IMG/VR virus record: IMGVR_UViG_3300028883_000045
From: an uncultured virus (IMG/VR IMGVR_UViG_3300028883_000045)
Lineage: Duplodnaviria; Heunggongvirae; Uroviricota; Caudoviricetes
DNA length: 64,000 nucleotides
Strand: one strand, 5' to 3'
Positions 28,779 to 38,115 of the stretch are shown here, piece after piece. The position numbers and the translations under genes were made by a program. The notes below the pieces were generated by a model. That model was not told the origin of the DNA. It did not search any database and saw only the letters and a program-made list of their open reading frames with translations. The first letter of the stretch is position 1. Every line of letters starts with the position of its first letter.

Positions 28779-30050
28779 TTGACCCAGCAAATCAGACTGC
28801 TCGACACCGGCGAGGACGCAGTGAACATCGATCTGCACGTCTCGCTGCCCTATCACCTGCCGTTCGACATGCTGGGCGCCTACTACGACGGCCACATCCA
28901 CCGCCGGCTCGAGACCGTGAACGGGCGTAAGCCCGATCGCGTGGGGCACGAGATCCTCCCGATCACCGGGATGTTCGGGTCATGGGAGAACCTCGAGGGC
29001 TCCTGGTTCGAGCAGGGGGTGCACGTCGGCGCTCATCACTACGACTGCCGCGAGGTCCTCGGGATGCATATGCGGGGGGATCGCGAGCAGGAGTTCGTGA
29101 TCTACGCGGTCGAGAGCGTGAACGGCTGCCGGCCGACCGCGAGCGTGGTCCGCAACTTCACCGATCCGACGAACCTCAAGATCCCCGTCGCTGGCCACAA
29201 CCAGGTGGCCCAGGCCCACAACTGGCGCTCCACTATCTCCCGGAACCTCCCGAAGATCGAGAACAACTGGGGGGACGCCCCGGGCTGCGAGCGCATCATC
29301 TACGTGGGCTCCGGTCCGAGCCTGCGGCGGAACTGGCACGATCTACTCGAGGTAGACCGGACGAAGTGCCAGATCTGGGCCGCAAACGAAGCTTTCAGCT
29401 TCCTCCTGAGCAAGGGGATCGCAGCAGACTGCTTCTTCTGCATCGACGCGACCAGTCCCAAGAGGTGGTGGGACGGGCTCGACTGCTCTGAGACCTGCCT
29501 GGTCGCGGCCCCGTTCGTCACTCCCGAGGTGACCGAGGCGAACTGGAAAGAGGTCTTCTGGTTCAACATCTCGGGGGACGGCGCCTACTACAACATGGTC
29601 CGCAAGCACCATCCGGAGCTGTTCGAGATCGACGCCACCAAGGGCGTTGGATCGAGCATGATCGAAAGCAGCTGGTCCAAGGGCGTGAAACACCTTGCCA
29701 TGCTGGGATGCGACTTCTGCTACGAGAAGATAGACAAAGAGGTCTACCGTTCGGTGTGGCACTCGTGGAGCGAAGAGGAGTGGCAGGAGATCGCCACGAG
29801 GTATGCCCACTACGTGGTCACGACCATGACCGGAGAGACCAGCCTCACCTACATCGGTCTGGCAACGGAATGCGCGGCGGTCTTCGCCGCGGCGCAATGC
29901 CTCAGCGAGAAGGGTGTCCTCGTAACTAACTCATCCGAAGGGGGTTGCCTGTTCGTCAACCCCGCGGCGAAGTACCTGGCCAGCCGGCCGGCGGTCCTGG
30001 AGCACAAACCCCTCAGGGAATGTCTTGACTTTCTCTCCGGGAAAAGCTAG
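28779..30050 (+). CDS. Second Maf/DUF115-family transferase
   Basis: VGSGPSL, WAAN.A, CIDA, MLGCDFCY, VTNSSEGG motifs. Confidence 0.7.
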   Translation: MTQQIRLLDTGEDAVNIDLHVSLPYHLPFDMLGAYYDGHIHRRLETVNGRKPDRVGHEILPITGMFGSWENLEGSWFEQGVHVGAHHYDCREVLGMHMRGDREQEFVIYAVESVNGCRPTASVVRNFTDPTNLKIPVAGHNQVAQAHNWRSTISRNLPKIENNWGDAPGCERIIYVGSGPSLRRNWHDLLEVDRTKCQIWAANEAFSFLLSKGIAADCFFCIDATSPKRWWDGLDCSETCLVAAPFVTPEVTEANWKEVFWFNISGDGAYYNMVRKHHPELFEIDATKGVGSSMIESSWSKGVKHLAMLGCDFCYEKIDKEVYRSVWHSWSEEEWQEIATRYAHYVVTTMTGETSLTYIGLATECAAVFAAAQCLSEKGVLVTNSSEGGCLFVNPAAKYLASRPAVLEHKPLRECLDFLSGKS

Positions 30051-30053
30051 ACT
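30025..30053 (+). promoter_or_regulatory. Sigma70-like promoter
   Basis: TTGACT-17 nt-TAGACT. Confidence 0.5.
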
Positions 30054-30160
30054 GTTAACGGATCACACAAGTGCCGCGCGTTCAGCGCATTAGCTGAGGA
30101 GGCAAGCAGAGAAAAGCTCCCGACCCTTGAACCCGGATTCTTCATTCAGGAGGAGCTTTC

Positions 30161-30400
30161 ATGCTTCGTGCAAGAACTCAGCGCACCACCGGCAGCACCG
30201 GCGTAACCCTGACCGTCACCCACGGAATGGGCGCAGTGCCCGACTACTGGAACATCGAGCCGGTCTCCGACCGTTCGCAGGGCCGGGCCTACATCGTGCC
30301 GGCGACGTACCTCACAAACACCATCGACGTGGTCTGCTCGATCGAGTCGACCTGCACCCTGGACGTCTTCACGGTTACCTACCAGGGCCGGCTCTACTAA
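30161..30400 (+). CDS. Small Thr-rich beta protein, paralog 1
   Basis: AGGAGG RBS; VTLTVTHG.GAVPD.WNIEP...YQGRLY shared with the next gene. Confidence 0.75.
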   Translation: MLRARTQRTTGSTGVTLTVTHGMGAVPDYWNIEPVSDRSQGRAYIVPATYLTNTIDVVCSIESTCTLDVFTVTYQGRLY

Positions 30401-30415
30401 GAAAGGGGGCTCGTC

Positions 30416-30658
30416 ATGCTACGCACTCGCGTTCAGCGGGCCACCGACGCCAACACTGGCGTCACCCTGACCGTCACTCACGGTCTCGGCGCGGTACCCG
30501 ATCACTGGAACATCGAGCCGATCAACGACCGGTCCTTTGGTCGCACGTACGTCGTCCCGGCAACGAACCTCACGAACACCATCGACATCGTCAACTCGCT
30601 CGTCAGCAACGCGACGGTCGACGTGTTCGTCTGGTCCTACCAGGGTCGGCTCTACTGA
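30416..30658 (+). CDS. Small Thr-rich beta protein, paralog 2
   Basis: Tandem duplicate of 30161-30400. Confidence 0.75.
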   Translation: MLRTRVQRATDANTGVTLTVTHGLGAVPDHWNIEPINDRSFGRTYVVPATNLTNTIDIVNSLVSNATVDVFVWSYQGRLY

Positions 30659-30667
30659 GTCACGGCT

Positions 30668-30715
30668 GACTGGCCGAGGGGGTTCCCGCGCTTCCCGGGG
30701 AACCCCCGCTCAGTC
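30668..30715 (+). terminator. Hairpin after the tandem paralogs
   Basis: GGGGGTTCCC/GGGAACCCCC stem with outer GACTG/CAGTC pairing. Confidence 0.45.
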
Positions 30716-30738
30716 TTCCCTCGAAAGGAGAGAGTCAG

Positions 30739-31008
30739 GTGAATCTGGCAGAAGAATACGACAGGGACTACGAGGTCAACGGCAAGCCGGCCGTGCTGAC
30801 CGACGTCATCAGCGTGATGAAGGGCACCGGTCCCGACCGGGTCTGCGTCGTCACACGCAAGCTCATCGTCGCCTCGACCTCAGAAATCGTCGAGCAGGTC
30901 GAAGAGATCCCCTCGCCCGCCCCCGTGGTCGAGCCCGCTCCCGCTCCCGCGAAGAAACGACTCCTCGGCAGGAGCAAGAGCAAGGGCAAGAAAAAAGCCA
31001 GGAAGTAG
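30739..31008 (+). CDS. Hypothetical protein with basic tail
   Basis: AAGGAG RBS. Confidence 0.55.
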   Translation: MNLAEEYDRDYEVNGKPAVLTDVISVMKGTGPDRVCVVTRKLIVASTSEIVEQVEEIPSPAPVVEPAPAPAKKRLLGRSKSKGKKKARK

Positions 31009-31014
31009 GGCGTC

Positions 31015-31260
31015 ATGGCCGGGATCATCGATACCCTCAAGCTCCTGGTAACCCCCTCGAAGGACGTTGCCACTCCCGCGCAGCTCTACGAACAGGCGGT
31101 CCCGCGCGCCGAACGGGTCATGAAGCAGTACGACGCGGCGGCGCCGGCCATCGACTTCGCCACGCAACATCCGGTGATCGTGGCAGGAGTAGCGCTGGTC
31201 CTGGGGGCCTTCGCAGTGGTGGGCGGCAACTACCTGTACGACTACCTGAAGAAGCGCTGA
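31015..31260 (+). CDS. Small membrane protein
   Basis: VIVAGVALVLGAFAVVGG TM then KKR. Confidence 0.6.
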   Translation: MAGIIDTLKLLVTPSKDVATPAQLYEQAVPRAERVMKQYDAAAPAIDFATQHPVIVAGVALVLGAFAVVGGNYLYDYLKKR

Positions 31261-31291
31261 GTCTGCGGGCTCAGCGCTTCTTGCTTTTCTT
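31249..31291. terminator. Bidirectional terminator at the convergence of the two arms
   Basis: AAGAAGCGCTGAG/CTCAGCGCTTCTT stem followed by a T-rich tract. Confidence 0.7.
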
Positions 31292-31956
31292 CAAACCCCT
31301 TTGTGGTCCCTGAAGTCCACAAAGAAAATACCGTTCATGTAGATACGCATCCCGATCCACTTGGGCCCTCCCGAACGCAGGCTCAAGGATCCTGTCTCGA
31401 TCTCAACCGAAAACCTTTCTTTGGGCCTCACGCAGATCGGTCTTTGCTCAGTGGTCATGTCGTATATTCTGCGCTCCTGATAATGCTTGGGGAGGCTTTC
31501 GTAGTCTTTGGTTTTGAAGTCGACCACCTCCAGCGATTCCCACAACTGGTCTTCCGGATTGAGGGTCACGCTGGAATACCGCTTCAGGGCGCCCTCCTCC
31601 GGCGCTACGGTGTTGACCGGGATGGCCGACAGGGGAACCCTCACCCACGGCATGTGATCGAAATAGAACACGAATGACGATCTGTAGTAAACCTCCAGCC
31701 ACGCCTCATCCAGTCGCCCATCGGCCGGCTCGACGCTGAAACCCCACAGGTAAAACTGTGTTCTCTCTGGCAGCGATCCCGAAATTGGCATGTTGGTGTC
31801 TACGAAGGTCTTGACCTCCCCCGCATAGTCGCAATCCCCAAAGGGAACTTCAAACCCGCGGGAGAAGCAATCCCCTGATGCCCGGATGAGCACTGTGTCG
31901 TACAGGGGCTGCTTGAGCTGACGGTATAAAGGGGGAAGGTTCTTGGTCTCAGACAT
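31291..31956 (-). CDS. Divergent paralog of putative capsid protein 11008-11628
   Basis: LKQPLYDT vs LKQPRYDT; KTFVDTNM vs KTLADTNM; FYLWGFSV vs FDVWGFNV; MNGIFF vs IRGIEY. Confidence 0.75.
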   Translation of the reverse strand: MSETKNLPPLYRQLKQPLYDTVLIRASGDCFSRGFEVPFGDCDYAGEVKTFVDTNMPISGSLPERTQFYLWGFSVEPADGRLDEAWLEVYYRSSFVFYFDHMPWVRVPLSAIPVNTVAPEEGALKRYSSVTLNPEDQLWESLEVVDFKTKDYESLPKHYQERRIYDMTTEQRPICVRPKERFSVEIETGSLSLRSGGPKWIGMRIYMNGIFFVDFRDHKGV

Positions 31957-31971
31957 GTCCTTGGTCTCCTT

Positions 31972-32964
31972 TCAGATCAGTTTGTTCGAAATCAGCATGT
32001 CCCTGAGCGCTTCCACACTCATAGCTTCTTCCCGAGAGCTGTCCACCCCGCCCACCGGGATCGCGTCCCGGTATCGCGAGTAGTCTCTGGCCCCGAACAT
32101 CATCGGGGGAAGGATCACATAGTTGTCGCCATGCATGAATGCGCGCTCGGATTCTTCTGAAGTAATGATCTTCTCGTGCTGAGTCTCTCCCGGCCGGCGC
32201 CCGACCTGCCGGCGGGGCACGAATTCCAGGTCGTGCCTGCGGCAATACGCGTCGCAGAACACCTTGGCAAGATCCTCGAGTCTCGCGACCGGCATGCGCC
32301 GCACGAAGACCTCGCCCCCGACACCCCGAGAGGCGTCGATCAGCAGCCGGGAGCTTTCCTCCAGGGTGAGCACATACCGGGTCATGGTCGGGTCCGTAAC
32401 GGAGATCGAGCCCGTCGAGCACACCTGGTTCCGCCACAACCGCAAGACCGAACCCCTTGAACCAAGGACGTTTCCGAACCGAATGGAAACGAACCTCGTC
32501 TCCGGGTGGTGGCTGTTGGCCTGGGTGATGAGCTTCTCGGCGGTGAGCTTGGTGGCCCCCATGACGTTGTTGGGCTCGGCCGCCTTGTCGGTCGACGCAA
32601 AGACCACGCTCTCCGCACCGGTATCGATGGCCGCCGAGATGACGTTGCCAGTCCCGCCCACGTTCGTCTTGATGGTCTCTTCGGGATTGTACTCGCAGCT
32701 GTCGACGTGCTTCAGTGCCGCGAGATGGTAGACCGTTCCCACGTCACGGAACGCCCGCCGCAGTCGCGACAGGTCGCGCACGTCGCCGATGAAGAACCTG
32801 TAATTGCAGGGATCAAATCCCTCGGCCTCGAAGCTGGCCCGGAGCTCCAGCTGCTTCGACTGGTCGCGAGAGAGTATGCGTACCAGGTTGCCCCGACGCA
32901 GAAGGTGGCGAGCCAGGTGCGCGCCAATATCTCCAGTGCCGCCGGTGATGAGATTCCAGGTCAC
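31972..32964 (-). CDS. UDP-GlcNAc 4,6-dehydratase (PseB/FlaA1/CapD family)
   Basis: LITGGTG..G, HLAALKHV..CEYNP, STDKA, MGATK, RFGNVLGSRGSV. Confidence 0.9.
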   Translation of the reverse strand: MTWNLITGGTGDIGAHLARHLLRRGNLVRILSRDQSKQLELRASFEAEGFDPCNYRFFIGDVRDLSRLRRAFRDVGTVYHLAALKHVDSCEYNPEETIKTNVGGTGNVISAAIDTGAESVVFASTDKAAEPNNVMGATKLTAEKLITQANSHHPETRFVSIRFGNVLGSRGSVLRLWRNQVCSTGSISVTDPTMTRYVLTLEESSRLLIDASRGVGGEVFVRRMPVARLEDLAKVFCDAYCRRHDLEFVPRRQVGRRPGETQHEKIITSEESERAFMHGDNYVILPPMMFGARDYSRYRDAIPVGGVDSSREEAMSVEALRDMLISNKLI

Positions 32965-33006
32965 GTGTGCTTCTTTCCATCCCCCCGCGAGTCGTAATCG
33001 TACGGC

Positions 33007-33495
33007 TTACCCTTCTTCCTCCTCGGGCCCTTCAGGGGGAACGGCATCGGCTCCTTCGCCTTCTGGGTTTCCGTCGTAGAGGTCCGGGGTTTTTCCTTGT
33101 GCGGCTTCATGCAGATGCTCCACTGCCAGTTGCGCCTGATCGACGATCCCCTCGAGGTCTTCTCCGATGCGGGCTATCGAATCGTGGCCTTCGAAGCCTT
33201 TGATGTTGTCCGCGATCCGGCCGATCAGCGTACCGAGCGCCCGCGCGCCGCCGGCGAGGTTCCGCCCCGTGCGCACCCCTGCGCGGATCGTCTCCAGTCG
33301 TTTCTGAACGCCGGCCATCCCGGGATTCGAACTGCGACCCCGGTCTCCCTTGATCAGCTCTCTGTAGCTGGGCCAGGTCGCCCCGCACTTCACGCAGCGG
33401 ACCTCGGGACTGGACCCTTCGCCGGCGACCTCCCGCTCGACGGTCCCTTTGCACTTGGGACATGGGCGCCTGAGCGCTTCGTACTGCCGGTTCAA
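33007..33495 (-). CDS. Zn-ribbon protein with NP motifs
   Basis: CPKC...CVKC; SSNP, DGNP. Confidence 0.55.
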   Translation of the reverse strand: MNRQYEALRRPCPKCKGTVEREVAGEGSSPEVRCVKCGATWPSYRELIKGDRGRSSNPGMAGVQKRLETIRAGVRTGRNLAGGARALGTLIGRIADNIKGFEGHDSIARIGEDLEGIVDQAQLAVEHLHEAAQGKTPDLYDGNPEGEGADAVPPEGPEEEEG

Positions 33496-33881
33496 CTCAG
33501 GTCCCCCAGCTCAACCGTCTGGAGTTCGTGCGGGCCCACGTAACGGATCTCGACTCCCATCCGATTAAGAACCGCCAGGTCGGCACCGGCCTCGTCATCC
33601 ACCACGGATCCGCAGTCCCCGGCCAGCAGGTGACCGTACTCGTGGAGACATATCCCAATCTGGTGTTCGACCGCCTGATCGGTGATCGCCCGGGCCCAGC
33701 AAATGGTCTTCGGCCGGTGATAGGTGTGCGAAAGCTGCCGCGGTTCCTGGTCGTGTGCGGCGTCGCATTCGTCACACCAGGCATGTTTTATCCCTTTAAG
33801 TTCGGGGCACTTGCGTTCGGCGAAGACCGTCGCCAGCTCCACCCCCGGGAGCAGATCAGGAGTCATCATCGCACTCTTCAT
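33492..33881 (-). CDS. Small HExxH metallopeptidase-like protein
   Basis: CLHEYGHLL...E..AD motif. Confidence 0.5.
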   Translation of the reverse strand: MKSAMMTPDLLPGVELATVFAERKCPELKGIKHAWCDECDAAHDQEPRQLSHTYHRPKTICWARAITDQAVEHQIGICLHEYGHLLAGDCGSVVDDEAGADLAVLNRMGVEIRYVGPHELQTVELGDLS

Positions 33882-34206
33882 TCTCTTCTCCCCCCTTGGC
33901 TTCTTTGACCAGATCCTGGTAGGTCGGGCACTGCTTGCACTTCTCGAAGTCATCGCACATGCACATGCTCGGAGTCGGATCGAGGCTCACGAAGCGTGTG
34001 CGCTGCAGGCGCTCCATCCCCGGCTCCAGGTCGCGAACCACCAGCGCCGGGAACTCTCGCAGGAATGCCATCAGCCGGCCGTGGATGATGTCTATGTAGC
34101 TGCTCCCCTCCACGAAAATGCAGCACCTGTTTCGGATGTAGCCCTGGATGCTCGTGACCAGTTCACGTATCGCTTCCTCGTCTTCGAGTTCGTCGTCGAT
34201 GCTCAA
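33856..34206 (-). CDS. Hypothetical Cys-cluster protein
   Basis: CMC...CKQC; operon packing. Confidence 0.45.
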   Translation of the reverse strand: MSIDDELEDEEAIRELVTSIQGYIRNRCCIFVEGSSYIDIIHGRLMAFLREFPALVVRDLEPGMERLQRTRFVSLDPTPSMCMCDDFEKCKQCPTYQDLVKEAKGGEENEECDDDS

Positions 34207-34583
34207 TTATCCTTCTCTCCTCTCACGATGTCTCCTGCAATTTCGACCCATTCTTCTATGGTCATCGCGTCCGGATACCTGGTGGGCTCGTTCCCGCCAC
34301 CGCACTCAGGACAGACGGCCTTCCTACGATGCAGGCTGAAGTTCCGGCTCGCGGGCTTGCCGCACTTCGAGCAGAGCACTTGCCGGGTCAGCACGTCGAC
34401 CTGCATCGCGCGGGTACCCCAAACCCCCTGTCGCTTGCGGAGCGCGCGGCACTCCTTGCAACGGATGGGAGGAGGGAACCCCTTCTGGTCGAACCACTCC
34501 TGCTCGCCTATGCTGAAGACAAATTCCTGCCGGCAGTCCTGGCAGGTGAGCATCTGGTTCCGGTACTGTTTCAACCGTCGCAC
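34203..34583 (-). CDS. Zinc-ribbon protein (zf-trcl plus CxxC-x-CxxC)
   Basis: LTCQDC.QEFVFS.GEQEWF..KGF..P.RCKECR. Confidence 0.8.
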   Translation of the reverse strand: MRRLKQYRNQMLTCQDCRQEFVFSIGEQEWFDQKGFPPPIRCKECRALRKRQGVWGTRAMQVDVLTRQVLCSKCGKPASRNFSLHRRKAVCPECGGGNEPTRYPDAMTIEEWVEIAGDIVRGEKDN

Positions 34584-34996
34584 TCCCTGAATTCGTCGAT
34601 CAGCTTCTTAACCCACTCGGGAGCGGGCATCAGCTCGGCCGAGACCCAGGCGATCGGCTCGTCTCCGCGGATGATCATGGTCACCTCGGAGCCGTCCTCG
34701 CTCTCCGTGAGGTTGTCCTCCTTCTCGTCGGGCCGCACGAAATGCCGGTCACAGATCAGGTAATCACCGGGCTTGAATGGCCAGCGCTGGACGACACCGT
34801 CATTGGTTGTGAACCCCCCTCCCCGGACGATGCACCACCCACGGCGCTTGAACTCCTGGTGAGCATCCGGGATGATGATCCCTCCCGGGGAGCACCACTC
34901 GTTAGGATCCTTGGCGATCCAGACGTTGTCTCCGCGGGGCCAAAGACCCTTGAGGGTCTCCACGTCGAAACTGTATCCGGTGCGAGTTACAGGCAT
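34571..34996 (-). CDS. GroES/Cpn10-like co-chaperonin
   Basis: L.PRGDNV.I...SPGGIIIPD...G.......G...KPGD pattern. Confidence 0.6.
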   Translation of the reverse strand: MPVTRTGYSFDVETLKGLWPRGDNVWIAKDPNEWCSPGGIIIPDAHQEFKRRGWCIVRGGGFTTNDGVVQRWPFKPGDYLICDRHFVRPDEKEDNLTESEDGSEVTMIIRGDEPIAWVSAELMPAPEWVKKLIDEFRECDG

Positions 34997-35151
34997 CTCC
35001 TGATCCTTTCCTTTGCGGCACCAAGGATGAGGGCCGCGTAAGCGACGATCAGTCCAAACAGAGAAAAGAGGCGGATTCCCAAGCGCTGATATATGCCGAG
35101 TAGGTGGCCTGGAATCATGGCATTCTGGTCCGGTCCAAGGGTTATGAAGGT

Positions 35152-35179
35152 ATTATGCTCCCCGGACCCCTCGGGTCAA
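35152..35179 (-). promoter_or_regulatory. Sigma70-like promoter (minus strand)
   Basis: TTGACC-16 nt-CATAAT. Confidence 0.5.
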
Positions 35180-35181
35180 GG

Positions 35182-35880
35182 CTAAAGTCCTGACGGATTG
35201 GGGAGTCTCGAGACCGTTGTGTACCCCCGGGTAAGCAGCTCGGCGTCGAACTTCGGGCGACCCTTGTTGCGCTTATGGCCCCACTCCCATACCCTTTCGC
35301 GCACCCTGTGAAATTTGCCTCCATACCCGCCTCTGGCACTGATTTCCGCGACCTTTACCCCTAGGTGCTTCCCGTAGGGATCGGGAAGATTCACGTTCAT
35401 GACCACGCCTCGCTCCGGGCGGACCGGGAGTGCGTCCATCGCCTCGTGCAGCAGCACCTTGACCTGCTGGCAGTTGGGATCGAAAGCCCGGTGGCGGCCC
35501 AGATACTGACTAAAGGCGATCGCCGGGATACCCTCTATCGCCGCAACCCGGGCGGCCGCGATCGTCGCCGAGCACGAAATTGCGTGCTGGCCCGCGTTGT
35601 CGCCCCAGTTCAGTCCGGTGCAGACGATGTCGGGCTTCGCCAGGCGCTGCAACCCCCAGGCCACGCAGTCGCACGGGGTTCCGTCCAGTACACACGTGCC
35701 CTCGGGCATGATCTTGAGCACCTCTATCGGCCGGTTGAGGGTCCGCGCGCTGCCGAACCCACTGTGATTCTGAAGCGGCGCCGCCGTGCAAACGTGGATG
35801 TCCCGCTCGATAAGGACCTCTCTCAGTACCCGCAAGCCCGGGGAGTCATACCCGTCGTCATTGGAGAGCAGTGCGATCAA
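35182..35880 (-). CDS. surE: 5'/3'-nucleotidase SurE
   Basis: LLSNDDG...PGL, GTPCDCV, G.N.G.NAG, GIPAIAFS. Confidence 0.9.
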   Translation of the reverse strand: MIALLSNDDGYDSPGLRVLREVLIERDIHVCTAAPLQNHSGFGSARTLNRPIEVLKIMPEGTCVLDGTPCDCVAWGLQRLAKPDIVCTGLNWGDNAGQHAISCSATIAAARVAAIEGIPAIAFSQYLGRHRAFDPNCQQVKVLLHEAMDALPVRPERGVVMNVNLPDPYGKHLGVKVAEISARGGYGGKFHRVRERVWEWGHKRNKGRPKFDAELLTRGYTTVSRLPNPSGL

Positions 35881-36104
35881 GGCTTTTTCCTCCTCTGCTT
35901 TGGGCGATACGGAACACGCAGGTCTATCTCCTGGGTAGTGACTGCGAGCACCATGCCGTGGAGCGGGCCGATCCCCAGGGAGAGCTGAGCTACCTCCCGG
36001 GAAACATCCTCTCCTTCACGTTTCATCGGGATCCGCAGCGGCAAATCCCCGCCGCCGGCGGCGTTGATTTCAGCCAGGTGCCTCAGCGCCTCTTTGACGG
36101 TCAT
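35877..36104 (-). CDS. Hypothetical protein
   Basis: Start/stop overlaps on both sides. Confidence 0.5.
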   Translation of the reverse strand: MTVKEALRHLAEINAAGGGDLPLRIPMKREGEDVSREVAQLSLGIGPLHGMVLAVTTQEIDLRVPYRPKQRRKKP

Positions 36105-36343
36105 GCCTTGAGCCCCATCACCACGTAATCGTGGCGTATGCCCGGGTGGGCGAACAGCACGTAGGTGACCTTGCGCAGGATCTCTCGCCCGGTGTACTCT
36201 TCGTTACGGGGATCCCACTCCTGCAGTATCAGGGTATCGCCCACGCCGAACTTTCGATCGCTCTTGCGAACCTCGAACATCTTCTGGCAGGTGGAGAGGT
36301 CCTCGAAATACTCCGGCCAGGTCTTGAGCTTGTGTTCCATCAC
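36101..36343 (-). CDS. ASCH/DUF3850 domain protein
   Basis: HKLKTWPEYF...K.FEVR..DR.F.VGD.LIL.EWD...YTGR. Confidence 0.8.
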   Translation of the reverse strand: MMEHKLKTWPEYFEDLSTCQKMFEVRKSDRKFGVGDTLILQEWDPRNEEYTGREILRKVTYVLFAHPGIRHDYVVMGLKA

Positions 36344-36675
36344 AGCGCCATCCTCCTCTTCTGCGGCGTGAACGGCTTGAAAGGGACCTTCAGGGGTTCG
36401 GGCTTAGGAGGTTGCTGTTGCTGGGAAGGTGCAGGGGGGCTCGGTTCCGGAATCGACTGCGACCCCGACCCCGACCCCGCCCCCATCCCTGACCGCGCCC
36501 ACGACCCCGACCACGACCACGCCCCCGTCCACGACCCCGACCAGGACCACGCCCCCGTTCGCGACCTCGACCGCGACCGCGACCTCTCCCACGACGACCA
36601 TGACCCCGTCCGCGATGCCGATAGCGACCAAGGCCCCAAATTGCTCAGTCCCGCTCTCATCATGCAAACGTTCAC
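36340..36675 (-). CDS. Ser-Trp/Arg/Gly repeat peptide, copy F (MNVCMMRAGL leader)
   Basis: GTGA overlap with upstream copy; (S-x)n core; tail QQQPPKPEPLKVPFKPFTPQKRRMAL duplicated. Confidence 0.65.
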   Translation of the reverse strand: MNVCMMRAGLSNLGPWSLSASRTGSWSSWERSRSRSRSRTGAWSWSGSWTGAWSWSGSWARSGMGAGSGSGSQSIPEPSPPAPSQQQQPPKPEPLKVPFKPFTPQKRRMAL

Positions 36676-37022
36676 AGCGCCATCCTCCTCTTCTGCGGCG
36701 TGAACGGCTTGAAAGGGACCTTCAGGGGTTCGGGCTTGGGGGGTTGCTGCTGCTGTTGTTGTTGATGGGAAAGAGCGGAGGAGTTCAGGTCCGAAATCGA
36801 CCGCGACCGCGACCGCGACCGCGACCGCGACCGCGACCCCGACCACGAACGCGACTCCGACCACGACCGCGACCACGACCACGGCCGCGACCGCGACCGC
36901 ACCCGCGAGTACGACCACGCCCCCGTTCGTGAACGCGACCGCGACTGCGACCCCGACCTCGACCCCGACCACGACCGCGACCGAAAATTCGCGTACCCCG
37001 TGCGTAGCATGCAAGCATTCAT
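36672..37022 (-). CDS. Ser-Trp/Arg/Gly repeat peptide, copy E (MNACMLRTGY leader)
   Basis: ATGA overlap with recombinase stop; same tail as copy F. Confidence 0.7.
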   Translation of the reverse strand: MNACMLRTGYANFRSRSWSGSRSGSQSRSRSRTGAWSYSRVRSRSRPWSWSRSWSESRSWSGSRSRSRSRSRSRSISDLNSSALSHQQQQQQQPPKPEPLKVPFKPFTPQKRRMAL

Positions 37023-37645
37023 TTCATTCGGTCCAGCAGGCTTCTGAGCTCGTCGGGGGTCCGGTTGATGTACATCTGCGCGGTCTGCAGGTCCGCGTGC
37101 CTGAGCAGTTCTTTGACCAGCGTGACGTCCCCATTGGTCTCTCGAGCTATCCGGAACCCGAAGTAGTGCCGCAAACAGTGAAAGGTCCGGTGCCCGATCC
37201 CCGCGGCCTGGCACGCCGCGGTGAATACCGAATGCATCGTTCGCTCCGATGCCGGGCGCCGGGCCTTGGGGCCCCGCATCCCGGGCAGGAGCCACCCCTC
37301 TTCGGTCTTGTAGTCGATCCCGGCCCACTCGAAGTACTTCAGGCAGGTACGGATCACCCGCTTCGACACCGGCTGGCGGTGTTCGGGCCGCTGATCAGGG
37401 GTGATCTTGCATTTCCGGGTTATGCCCTTCTTGGCCACCCGGACAATCAGGACCGCTTTCTCGATCTCCCGGAAGTCCTCGATCCGCAGGTGCACCGTCT
37501 CCGTGATCCGGAGCCCGCACTCCGATGCCAGGTACACCGCCAGGAAGTACCGGGGGTGCCGCCTGGGCGGGTCGTTCGCCTTCAGGTAGTCCAGCACCTT
37601 GTCCAGTTCCGCCTTGCGAATGAACTTCTTTTCCTCGATCGCCAT
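37019..37645 (-). CDS. Tyrosine recombinase (catalytic domain only)
   Basis: CGLRITE (R), HCLRH (HxxR), LRHADLQTAQMY (H, Y). Confidence 0.9.
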   Translation of the reverse strand: MAIEEKKFIRKAELDKVLDYLKANDPPRRHPRYFLAVYLASECGLRITETVHLRIEDFREIEKAVLIVRVAKKGITRKCKITPDQRPEHRQPVSKRVIRTCLKYFEWAGIDYKTEEGWLLPGMRGPKARRPASERTMHSVFTAACQAAGIGHRTFHCLRHYFGFRIARETNGDVTLVKELLRHADLQTAQMYINRTPDELRSLLDRMK

Positions 37646-38115
37646 CTCGGTGTCTCCTCAACCAGGTCATGAACTTCCGGTACTCTTCAGTGCGGCATGC
37701 TTCGGAGGCCTCGCTCCATGGTACCTGACCGCCGCGGACCAGATAGACGTATTCGACGACCTCATCCATCGTCAGATATCGTTCATCATTGACCGCCGGC
37801 GCGAAATCCTGCGAACATCGGAGGCAAAACCCATCCAACAGCATTGCGGTATGCTCTCCGCAGCCAAGACAGTATGAACAGCCCTCTTCCATTGCTTCGA
37901 AACCCCTCTCGATGCCCCTATTCGCCCCTCAGACCCCGGCCTAAACGACCAAATCCACCAAATCCTGCTTATAACCCCGAATTCGGTGGCTTATGGCCGG
38001 TTCCCGGTGCTTTCGGCATCCTGCTCTCCGATGTTGCCCCCCAAAGACGTGCCCTCACTGCTGGTAATTTCGTCCTAAGTCCCGCAATTACGTCACTTAC
38101 ACCCCATTTTTTGGC

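Noticed and set aside
27332..30050. MptE pterin diphosphokinases
   Set aside because: Same domain family, but co-occurrence with NeuA, NeuB and PseB homologs favours Maf-type glycosyltransferases.
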